Part shown: piece by piece, positions 12,201 through 23,688 of the stretch
Layout: every line of letters starts with the position of its first letter
How positions within the stretch are numbered: the first letter of the stretch is position 1
Assembly (NCBI GenBank): GCA_051362555.1
Contig: CM120640.1
Location: forward strand, 62,164,788 to 62,228,787
DNA: 64,000 nt
Direction: 5' to 3'
DNA from: Lingula anatina
Taxonomy: Eukaryota > Animalia > Brachiopoda
Made by a program: the position numbers and the translations under genes
Notes under the pieces: model-generated
What the model saw: only the letters and a program-made list of their open reading frames with translations
Database searches by the model: none
Told to the model about the DNA's origin: nothing

Positions 12201-15200
12201 TATCTCAGACTGTTAAATGTTTTTACTTTTGTGGTGGTCCTGTCAACGCCATCCAAGGCTGGGAGCGTACGCGACAGATGTGTTTGATAGACAAGTCACA
12301 CACACACACGCACAAATATTATGTTTTTTTCCTTTTACCCAAAACACATTTCAATCACTACGGAAACTTTCTGTGTCATTCTGAAATAAGGACAGCTGAC
12401 TCTCGAACTTGCCTATCCTTGCAGCATTACACCGGAGCGACGGATGTGCTGCATGTAAAGCAGCATTCTAACTTATACCATTTTAGTCTACTCTAACTGA
12501 AAGAAGTAGACCGTTTTGTACAGTTAGACAATCCCTGGTTCAAGTGGTCAACGCAATGAGTTAATGAACGGGTTCATCCACAGGCCATTTTAGAAGCCAA
12601 ATAACCGGCATACTGCCAGAGGTTTGCCTAAGCCTCAACCTAAGTTATAATGATCGTTATTATGACAATGTTAGATTTTATGTCATATAGAATTACTATT
12701 TTTCTAATGAGCTTTGAAAAGAAGCCTGTAAGCGTGCACAGTAAAGTCAAGACCGAAATGAATAATTTACATGACGTCTCGAACCATAAATCTAAATATG
12801 TTGCCTACCAACTAAATGCATCTAAAAATCATTAAAAATTGGATTTTAGACAATTTGGAGGTAAACGATTAAGAACAATCGGGTCTGTATTATTAAATAT
12901 CTTCAATATAAGTCATCTGAAGAAAAATAAGAGGTGAATTGAACAGGTGTTTTATTTCCATAATCCTGACAATGTTCTTTTTTTACGAATTTATATATTT
13001 GCAAAGTTTAGGATAACAGGTATGTAAATTGACAGTCCAGCTGCAAACTAATTAGCTAATTGGATTCATCTTCGTTTAAGCTTGAATTGGGCCGATGAGT
13101 AAACATTTGATTATTAACCGCGGAACCATTTGATAGCATATAGGCAAACGCCCCTATAAACATTTAAACCGACAGGTGTCGACATATCAATTTACTCAGT
13201 GGGCTTGTATTTATTGATTTACACCTGCTACTGAAACCACTGTTGGTAAAACCAGGAACCTTTATATTATATCTTGATGCTCGATACACCTCGGGCAACA
13301 GCTTGAGCTGTACCAACTTTTTTTGATGTAACTTTGAGTTTATGTCGCAAAAATTAGCGTTGCGTTTTAACCAAAGTGACAGCAGCTGCCTGGAGTGGGC
13401 AGCACATTACCTTGCGAAATCAAGAATTAGAATAAGGGATAGTTTTTCTCTCCTTTTTCTGTTCCTTTTTCTCTGCATTGTAATGAATAGATTGATATGA
13501 AGCAAGCTCTTCTTTTTGGGTAATAATTTCATTTTTATAATGATAATAAGATTGTCATAGAAAAACATCAGAATTAAACATGAATATGACAAGGAGGAAT
13601 TGAATTGTTTTTTGTTTTTATTATTGATACAGATTTATATATATGCAATGTTAGTTTATATCGCTCATATAAAAATTCTATATACCATATATGTATATAT
13701 ATATATATGATAACGCCTAACTGACACCAAAACAGTATGCTACAAGCAAAAGCTGCATGGGATAGAAGTATATAGATAATTCAGACACAAGATTCGTACA
13801 TGACTTGAAGCATACACAACATGGATTGTTTTTTCTTTAAAACCGCAGCATCCACCGTTTACCTCAAGAAATAAAAACAGTTCCTTAATACTAAATGTAA
13901 AATATGTCGTCTCGCTGTCTGATGTCACTTACACTGTTAGTCCATAAAAGAGATTAGTTTAAACACATTTTCAACATTTAGATTAACAACTAAGAAAAAG
14001 TGTATGTTATGAATACTTGAGAGGGATATTACGTAATGCATTGTGGTACCATTCTTATAACATGCAATGTAAACATTAACTTTAACAGATTCATGCGGAA
14101 GGAATGGTGTTCGCTTCTGATAGTCTACGTGACAAAGGTAGTGGACAGGTATTTGCCTAATTTAGCTGTCTATGTGTAGTATTGGAACTCCGTCATCACT
14201 GGTAGCGTAACGTAAGCTGAATAAATGAATGAAAATCTTCTCATGCACTACAAAATCCCCAATAGTAAGATCTAAAATCCATCCCCGCCATGCAAAGAAG
14301 ACAGAAGCATGATAGATTGACACAATTAGCGCTGCGCCTGATGTCATCGTGCACATTAATTAGACCTTGCATTACTCCCATTGACAGACCGATTGAATGG
14401 GATTGAAACTGAAAATCATGATTTTTCCGGCTTTCGCAACATGATTCCGAGTGTCTGTTACTTTTTTCGATCAATCAGGCTAAGTACTTTGATTCCGTTC
14501 TGAGACCAACTGAAGCTAGTTGGTAGACTAAAAGCCCATTTTCCATTTCCCAGTCTGACTAATTACTGAAAATCACTTATTAATTCGGTGAATTAATAGG
14601 CTGCATTGTAAAAATTCGATGGTACCCCCTTCTGTTCAAAGTAGTAAAGTGTCGTATGTAAACTATGACTGTGTCTATTATTTGTTTATAATAGATTATA
14701 TTAATTTTATAAATAAAATCCAGTTTTTAAGCCATTCCTCGTGTCAAACCCGAAACTTATCAACTTCTGTTTTGTAGAAAAAATAAGGAAAATAGGACGA
14801 CTGGAAAGCGAATGGATGAAGCAGTTTTATTGATGCAAAGACGAAGTTACTTTTGACTGATAATTATCTTTTTTGTATTTTTTTCTTTCACTTACTCTTT
14901 CTGCAACAATTTAAGAAGGTTTCAAACATTAATATCATTCACGTGGTGGTAAGGAATGTTTGTAAAAACGCGTGAAAACTGTCGACGTTTGTTCACGGAC
15001 TCACCTTGACTGTCGCTTCTGATAATGCAACAGGACATTAATGATGATATGCATGATGTGATTAACACGGGCGGGAAACCTTAGTTTGACAACAAATTGC
15101 AATCAGCATTTGTCAACAAATGTCTTCAAAATAGCAGCTAGTTAAATTGACAGTGTCAAAACATGTTGGTACTACCCTAGAAGAAGGAAATAGACAGTTA

Positions 15201-15806
15201 AACAGGTACCTTGCACCTCCGTCCATTTATGCTTAGTAAACACTGGTTTGCCAGGCGACGGAGGTCGTTCTGGTATGCATGATGATAGTAAGACACAATT
15301 CTTAAAGTCTGTACGTGCTAAATAGAGATATCTACTTAGTTGATTGTGAATGCCTGCTTAAATAAATGACTAAATTTAGGTGTGGACGCAAGCCATCATT
15401 TCCAACATAAGCAATAAATGATGACGAAAATTTCGAGCCACCTTTTAGACAAAGAGAGGGCGTCGTTTCTTCAATTTGATTTATAATATTGATTTGAAAA
15501 TTGGAGAGTCTAAGGATAGCACATTGAGTCTGATGCAGACGAGTGCGAAGTATGTAATAAAGGCTCCTGTGATAACAGCTGATGGATCACTGTTTGCAGT
15601 GAATATTCTTCAAAGTTTTTAACACTCTTTAATATGCAAAGTGCACTTGGAATAGGGTTAAACAGTGGTCTGGTTGCGCATTTCCGTTATTGAAACTGCC
15701 CTTTGCTATCCCTTCTCTCTTTCTCCCTCCCTCTCTGTGAAGGGTGGGGTTTTATATGTATTTAGAATGTATAAACCGTGGTTAAAGTAGGTATGTTTCC
15801 AGACTA

Positions 15807-16090
15807 TGAGTCAACCACAGAAGTGTGTGCGTAGGGGGACCAAATATAGATGTTTCAGTCAGCGTGACAACTTTTTCACATTACTCCATCTTGACTAGTT
15901 TTTGAAAACTTTGTTTAAGTTTTTTTCTTGCAAACTTCCGTTGCCGTGTCACATTTATTCTTTCCCCTCGTCTGTACGGTGACTGCCACTACCGCTGGTT
16001 GACATGTATTTAGACACAATCGGGTGTGGGGGCTGTCGTTGGTTTAGGAGTTGTATATAAGCAGAACGAAATCACTCTAAATCATTTCTG
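15807..16090 (+). promoter_or_regulatory. Putative core promoter of the vasopressin-like gene
   Basis: TATATAA at 16054-16060 with an Inr-like TCATTT about 28 nt downstream (16082-16087). AP-1 site TGAGTCA at 15807-15813. Lies upstream of a donor at 16351/16352 that splices in frame to the precursor exon. Confidence 0.55.
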
Positions 16091-16337
16091 AGAGAGCTTT
16101 TAATCACTGAGGACTTGAGACATAACAACTGTGGCCAACGATAATATTTTAGCTCTGAACTTGTAAAACGACTATTAGTCCTAGGAGTTAGGGACACATT
16201 TAAAACTTTGAGAAACCAAGGACAGAGTTACTAGAACTTCATCTGTTGGGGACTGGTATTCTAATAGGGTGAAAACGGACTGAGAACAAAACACATTCTC
16301 TACTCTTGAGGTTACTTGGTGCTGATACAACTGCGTT

Positions 16338-16351
16338 ATGGCCACTTTCAG
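16338..16351 (+). CDS. Putative coding end of exon 1 of the vasopressin-like gene (MATF + split codon)
   Basis: ATG GCC ACT TTC AG|GTTTGT. Splicing to 16956 gives AGG TGT ACG ATG, in frame with the precursor. The exon would otherwise be 5'UTR from about 16083. Confidence 0.5.
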
Positions 16352-19300
16352 GTTTGTGTTGGTGTTTCTACGAGGGTTTTTAAGAACCTATTGACACTAG
16401 TATAAAAGTTCTAAGCTTTACGCGTGAAGCAGCGGTCAGAAACCAAAGAGCACTGTGTGGGACGTTAATAGTTCTCGTCATTTGCATGACGAGAGAGGAT
16501 GGAGGCGCAACTCTGCCTGTTGGGTTTAAAAGATGGTGTTCTCTCGCGAGTTTTATAAAGCATCAGGGCGCTAGTTCACGGTTAAAAGGTTCATCCATCA
16601 CATTTCTTATTGAGAAGATCTCCAAGATGCTCTGTATCCGTTATTTACTTATTTAGTGCTGAGTTACTCTCTCACGGGGAAAATAATCACCGTGCGGGAA
16701 TAGAATCTTTTCAATTTTTCAACAGAGTATCTTTGGTGAGTAGCAAATCAATCAGCATGATGTAAATCAATCTGGTTTTGTGCAAACTGGCGTGATAAGA
16801 ACGTTTTCAAACTTGTCAGTTTAGCGGCATTGTGTTGTACACGATCTATGAGCATTGCGCCTGCCAAGGATGAAAATGAGTGTGATATCAGAACCGACAT
16901 CCAGTTTCAACATCTTTTAGGTTAGTGTATTAGCAGATTGCCTTTTTATTTCTAGGTGTACGATGTTGCCGTGTTCCACGAATATGCTACTGAAACACAT
17001 TCTTGCACTCATGTGTGCATTGACGATAGCAAGTGGTTGTTTCATAAGGAATTGCCCGTCCGGAGGAAAGAGAACAATGGAAGATTTTGACACTTCACAT
17101 CACAGACAGGTAAGAAACTGATGCAGATCGATTGTCATTTATAAAAACTGTGTGTGTGTGTGTGCGTGTGTGCGTGTGTGTGTTTACTCACAATGCGTTT
17201 CTCTCCAGCGACTATATTCTTATAACATTTTTCACACAAGTACTCATAAAACAATAACTTTACCTTTTACGGTCAACGAAAATATTTAAATACAGGACAG
17301 AATATAATAGACTGTTTGTTATAAGAGCGATGGCGAACAGAAAGTGGATGCTTTATTAAAAAAATCTATGTAGCAAACAGTTACCACTGTAAAGGCGCGA
17401 GTATTGAATTAATTCTAGTGATCAATTTAAAGGAAATGCAACATATACATAATAGCATATTAATTCTATGAAGTGTAAGATAATTGTCGAACTTGCTTGT
17501 TTTGGTTGGGTCGATGTTCGCACCACATCTTGAGCCTGCACCTTCTTCTGAAGCTTATGGGTAAATGTATATACTTGTTCAGAAGAACAATACTGACTTC
17601 AGATAACGGACATAGGGGGTTTTCTTTCGCTTTCTTACCCTATTAATTAAAAAGACATATGTTATACATATAGTATAACCACGGAAATAAAACCAAACTT
17701 TGAAAAACTAAAGAAGTGCGAAAGTAGCTTTTTGATTTGAAAAGAAATCTGTTCGATTGTGGGAACGCTAAAATGTTGGACGGTCTTAATTATAAACAAA
17801 AAGTGGTAAAATGCAATTTCCTTTTATTTTATGCGAAATGTCAATATTTACTAAGAAACAGACCCTAATGTTAACCATATATGTCTAATTTACTTTTTGT
17901 TTTATTCTAAGTTTACTTTTTCAAGTTCAAACGTTGAGTGCGAAAACTAAACATGACAAAAGTTTCAGGCTAGGGGCATTAAATGTTGAAAAAAAACTTA
18001 AGTGAAGAATTTTGAAAATCGGGACTGGCCGCCCATGTTTACCCCCTAAGCCTAAACACGAGTTTTCTGTTATTTTTGCTGGAAATGCTGTTACTGTCAC
18101 GGTGCGTTATGAGAACAGTTCCAAGCACATTTTAAATGCGCCGCTGCCTTTATAGGTACTTGACAGGCGCCGACGTCAATAAAAAGTGCCGTAAAAGTGT
18201 AAACAAGGCAGAAACATTCGCCTTAAGTTAAAAAACGACTTTTCCCTATCACTTCTCTCAACAACGAACAGAGCCATAGGAAATGCGGACCGTTTCCTTT
18301 CCTAGAGAAATATCCACCTACGACTTGTCGTCATTCACAAGTGAAATAAGACCTCATCTCGACATGGGTGCCTCCATTAAGTATCTTAAGAATCGAACTT
18401 TATATGGATATACGGATCAGTTAAGAGAACTACCCATTGTTTTAAACGACAACGTCGTCATATCAAACGTAATTCAGCTCTTCGAAAACTGCTGTGCGTC
18501 TAAGAGCTTCTCAGGGTTCACAAGAGATTGACCGGGTTACGACGTAGGATTTCTATAAGGTTTCAATAGCATTTTATTTTTGTGAAAGACAAAGTCCGCT
18601 GGGCTGTCACGTTCCACCGAAATGCTAATGGCGCAGGTGGGGTATTCGATTTATTTTGTCACTAATATCCTTTCACTTTCCAAATTGGTAAATTTGAGTT
18701 TCATTCGAGACTTTTGGTTCTGATAAATGCAAATGGAAAATTACTGAACATTCTGGTATAATTATATCAAATTAAAATGTCGAACAGTGTTCTTCAATTA
18801 ATGTGAATTTGGACTCCTGAAGGATGTAGTGTTTATAGGAGGAATCGATATAATAGCCTATGGCGCTATTGAAAGGAACTCAAGGATAAGTTCGAGCACT
18901 TATACTTATTTTGGTCCAAGGGCGAGGTTGAGAGTTTTTTTAAAAGTGCTAAAGAGCAGCATATGCTATTTTTATGATAACAAGACCACCTAGCTTCCAT
19001 TTATGGCTAAAATACCGCTTCACGTAGGTTTTTGATGGGGATATTAATGTTGCAATTTGATTATGTTACCAAGGGTGTTTGTCGAGCAAATGCATTGAGT
19101 TTGGGCATGTGATTTTTGTCAAAATGATCAATTATTTTCATTTGATGCCTTGCCTCCAGCTTTTTTCTTTTTTCTTCAGTTTATTCTTCCTTTCTTTCTT
19201 TTCTATTCCTTTTCATTCATATTGTGTATTAAGGTAGAGAGTTGAAAAAAGATGTATAACTAAGAAAACTGTTTTTGAAGAGTCCACTGATGTTTGCTAT

Positions 19301-20044
19301 CTTTGTCGGACACGTGGTTTATGTGGTAGAAAGCAGCGGCCTCGAATTAAACGACACAGAAAAGACAAAATTTCATAACAATCGTTGTGGTTAATCTGCA
19401 TTCACGTCAGAAGTGACCTCAACTTAGAACCTCAACCTTTTTCTTTGTTTTTAAGAATGGTGTACACCGTTTATCATAATTCAGTTGTTTTTGGTTTAAC
19501 ACGCCTAGCCAACACATTTTGTAGTAGGAATTAAGGTCCATTGGTTGTTTCATGTCTATTTTTATAATTGAGAAGTAAAAAAAGACCATTGTATCGAAAG
19601 AAATTTGATTTTGTCTAAACAAAATCATCCATTTAAGGCAAGTGTGTATTTTAAGTGTGTTTAAAAGAAAATTGTTCAAATATGGATTGTTCATATTTTC
19701 AGTGTATGTCATGTGCTGACGGGAGAGGCCAGTGTGTCGGGCCTAGTATATGCTGTGTGGAAAAGGGAGGATGCCATGTGGGCACATCAGAGGCCGATGT
19801 ATGCAAAAAGGAAAACGAATCTAATACTCCATGTTCCGTGAAAGGAAAAAGTTGCGACAGCAGCCTTTTTATGGGCAAGTGTACTGCGGACGGCATATGC
19901 TGTAATTCAGGTGAAGCACCAGCAATTTTCCCTCTGTAAATGAATCATAACATTTAATTATTTAGGTTAAAACGCGAGGGAGGACACAGCCATCAACACC
20001 GACATCACCGAGACATCGCACAACTTCTCTCTCTCTCTCTCTCT

Positions 20045-20115
<71 letters not shown>

Positions 20116-20328
20116 CATTTCATGAATGTGTTTTTTTCTCTCCCCCATCTTAACGCAATGCGTTGTGTCTGTCTCCTCTAGCACAATACTAATTCTAGTT
20201 CCTTTCTCTTTTCAGAGTCCTGCGTAATGGACGATAACTGTCGGACTGCATTTTCATCAAAATATAGCAAAGAGTTTCTACTTTTTGTGAAGAATTTACT
20301 AGAAAGTGCCAAGAAAGATCAACACTGA
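16338..20328 (+). CDS. Vasopressin/oxytocin-family (conopressin-like) prepropeptide: signal peptide, CFIRNCPSG-GKR, neurophysin, copeptin-like tail (whole gene)
   Basis: Join 16338-16351, 16956-17109, 19703-19910, 20216-20328; all introns GT-AG and in phase; 162 aa (155 aa if started at ATG 16963). MATFRCTMLPCSTNMLLKHILALMCALTIASG/CFIRNCPSG/GKR/TMEDFDTSHHRQCMSCADGRGQCVGPSICCVEKGGCHVGTSEADVCKKENESNTPCSVKGKSCDSSLFMGKCTADGICCNSESCVMDDNCRTAFSSKYSKEFLLFVKNLLESAKKDQH*. Confidence 0.95.
16956..17109 (+). CDS. Vasopressin-like precursor exon: signal peptide, nonapeptide (17038-17064), GKR, start of neurophysin
   Basis: Acceptor ctttttatttctAG (ends 16955), ATG at 16963, TGT TTC ATA AGG AAT TGC CCG TCC GGA GGA AAG AGA = CFIRNCPSG-GKR, donor CAG|GTAAGA. 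Confidence 0.95.
19703..19910 (+). CDS. Vasopressin-like precursor exon: neurophysin core
   Basis: Acceptor attttcAG (ends 19702). CMSC...GPSICC...EN...PC...GICCNS matches the neurophysin pattern. Phase-1 donor G|GTGAAG. Confidence 0.96.
20026..20115. repeat. Compound microsatellite (CT)n-(CA)n-(GA)n in the last intron of the vasopressin-like gene
   Basis: Direct reading. Confidence 0.95.
20216..20328 (+). CDS. Vasopressin-like precursor last exon: end of neurophysin plus copeptin-like tail
   Basis: Strong polypyrimidine acceptor cctttctcttttcAG (ends 20215). (E)SCVMDDNC supplies neurophysin Cys13 and Cys14, followed by Leu-rich EFLLFVKNLL and TGA at 20326-20328. Candidate poly(A) signals ATTAAA at 20753 and AATAAA at 21200. 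Confidence 0.92.
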
Positions 20329-23300
20329 GACCCTCACAAGAGGAACGAGTTTAAAGGGAGTCTCCCAGCATTACAAACGCGTTCAATGGCAGATTAACAA
20401 GCTGAAGCAAAAAAGAAAAAAAAGGAGTTATAATGTTTTTGCGGTTTCATGTCCTTTATATACACACATATTTTATGACTAATATACCTGAGAATTTTCA
20501 GAAACCGGTTAGTTCGTATTTTTGTACTCAAACCAAACTGACATCAAAACTGTTAATTGGTGCACACTAAAGACTCTCTGCACTTTCTGTTGAATTCTAA
20601 AAAAATTACATAATGTTTTAGAGGGTTTTGAATTTAGCATGTTGGTGGTCGGAAACGGTAATATCATTCGTCACTTTTGAATGCCTTATTGATGTGGACT
20701 AAATTAGAAATGACACACGAAACTGCTATCTTGTATGATATTAGTAATTATGATTAAAGCATATTTCCTTTTTGTACAATTTTCTTAACTTTTTTAAAAG
20801 TTAATAGTATTGAATATCAATATGTATAGCACTATTCCGTTAAACGCTTAAGTTTGTCCTGTATAAATTTGATAAGGAAAGAGGGCACGTAAGCCATGAC
20901 AGGTTGTCCCTCGTCGGCCGAACTATTGACCTGAGATGATAGCCTTGTCTAAGGGACATAAATCTTCAATGTTAACTAACGACTAGCGGCGGAGGATACA
21001 AATGTGAACGTCAATCAAAAAACCTTATATATGTACACGTTCACTCAGTTCAGTGAAATTCTTTTTTAAGAGAATCAATACATAATTTTTGTGTTAAACA
21101 AACTGCTTTGTAAAGTTAACGCTTTAAATTTATTTATGTTTTGTTCTTGCACTAGCTGTCACGTGCTGAGATTGCACCTGTGCTGAGATTATCCCGTCAA
21201 ATAAAAATGATATGATATGAACGGAGACGTGTTAGTCAAAGAAAATTAAACCGGATCGCTGAAAATAAAATATGATTAGAAACACAGGATTGAAAGACGA
21301 GTGAGGTTCATTTTGGATTCTCGCACACAATTGTCGGTGGTTGGTCTTTTCAACCATACATTTAGTTATTTATCATGAATAAACACGATTTACGAAGATC
21401 GGCAGTGTCTGTTTTTAATGAAAGTAATTTGCTAATATGACACCACTCCATCAGATTACAGGAAAACATCTTTCAGGTGTCTTAGATTCTTTAGCTGATA
21501 AATTCTGTAGCTAGATCAGCTTGTGCTTTCAAAAAGATGATTATATACGTCTCATTTCTTCTTATCCTGTACCTGACAGTAAAACTCATTATTGTTATAT
21601 CCTTGTATTCATAGTAAATCACCGTAGCATCTCTGAAGAAGCGTTTTAAATCAATTAATTTTCTTTCGCTTTCAATACTATAGTGTCGTGTGCAAAAAAG
21701 TGCATTTAAAGCAAATAGTCTTATTGACTCTTAACATTATATACATAGAATGTACAAGAATCAGATTGTTTTCTATGATGTGTTAATTTTCACCGGAACT
21801 CTAGTAATAAACGCCACAAATTAATTTCAGCTACAATAGGCTTGAAATAAAGTTTCCCTTGGAAAACTAAGACAGTGAGACCATTTGAACCTCTGAAACT
21901 AACATTACACACTGGTTTCTTAGGTATTGAGTAAGGTCCCAGGGGATTTTTTTTCGTTAGGATTTTTAGTTATCCGCTTGGATAATGCAAGAATAAACAG
22001 TGTCTGTTATGAGCAAATGCTGTCGCAAAAATAAAAAAGAATATATCGTTTAAGTTCCTATAGCTTTGACATTAAAGATGGTCTGGGTAATCCGGCGTTC
22101 GTTGATTAAGGTAACGATCAAAGGCTCGGACTCTGGGAACTTCTGCCTGAATTATTCGGATCAAAGATTCAGCACAATGCCTTGGGATTGTTTTTGCCAA
22201 ATTTAAAAAATAGACGAAGCCAGGGACAGTTCAAGACTACAATTTTCCGTATGCTTGTCCATATTAAGAACCTTTATTAAAAGAGTTACAACCAACAGAT
22301 CCATGAATGTTTTTTTTTTCTTTTTTTTTGTACGAAAATGCTAAATTCTTCGGTGGTCAGACATGCACTTTTTCACAAAAGGTTTTGATGGAAGTAAACA
22401 TGGGGGGTGAGGGAGATTCGCGAGTTTTTAATAACTTGTCTTGTTCATTTTGACAAGACAATACATCAGAATGACACCGATTTATCACTATCACACTGAA
22501 GCAGTGCACACACAATGCTTCTCATCTCTTAAGCCCTTCTCGTGGATACTGACCGTTCCATACTACAGCGTGTTTCTAAATATCACTGATAACAGCTCAG
22601 TCTTTAAAATGTACATTAATTCAAGAAACTGAATAATCCAAGTGATTCCCTAATGGATAAAGTGCTTAATTTGCCTTCATTAATTCATTGACAACTAATA
22701 CCTTTCCCCTTTGGGGTATTTTTCTGCTGGCCTTAAAAAGATCAAATGCGTCTGGCCCTCTGATAACTTAGCTATTACTTGCTAGAAGTTAATATTCTGA
22801 TTTTTAAAAACACTCAAACACTAGTAAGGCGAGCCCTAGATTTAAAGAATAGGTCTATTAAGCCCATTGATCTAAATAATGTAAAGAGTGAGGCAGTCTT
22901 ATCCGTCTTCTGCACGAGGATCTTGATCTATCTTTTATATGTGTGTGCGTGTGTGCTTTTAATATGGTCATGCGGTATATGGCTCATGGAGTGGCTTCAT
23001 TTTCTAGAGGATGAGAGTGGACACAAAAAGATTGATATTAAAGCCAACATATTAATTTTATTGACAATTTTACTAGACACAATACTAATGTAAATGAAGA
23101 GCTATGTTCTAACGGATGAGCGTTGTAGAGGCAAACAATTTTCTCCTATGGCGTTGCTTTGAAAATGAAAAGTAGCCCAGCTTCAGCTTTCCTTCATATT
23201 CTTTTGTCAGCATAAAATTTCAAGTCAAGAAATTTACTTAAACACAACATTTATTTGATTTGTTCGATTTGGAATTCTGTTCCAAAAGATGAAGCAAATG

Positions 23301-23647
23301 GTTGGTGATTTAGTCTGTGTTCTAGTCTGCAATGAAAGCTGGTTTGCATGTCAGGTAATGACCAGTTGACATGTACATGTACAGTGTCGGTTGCATAGTT
23401 AAACGAGTGTATTCCATTGTTGTGCTTTCTAAACAACAAGGGCCAGTTTAGGTAAAATGATAGTATGAAAATATTGACAGATGAATGAATGAATGAATGA
23501 ATAGATAAATAAATAATTATGAAAGATGAAAAACTATGGTTTCAAAATAAAAGGAAAATGTTGGTGAACTTACTGTAAACATTTATGTCCTGTCTATCCT
23601 CTGTTAATGAAAAAATCTATCTATCGTTCTTTTCAAAGATCTCATGA

Positions 23648-23652
<5 letters not shown>

Positions 23653-23684
<32 letters not shown>
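23653..23684. repeat. (CT)n microsatellite
   Basis: Direct reading. Confidence 0.9.

Positions 23685-23688
<4 letters not shown>

Noticed and set aside
19655-19939. 94-aa Cys-rich ORF as a standalone toxin or metallothionein-like gene
   Set aside because: It is the neurophysin exon with intronic read-through on both sides.
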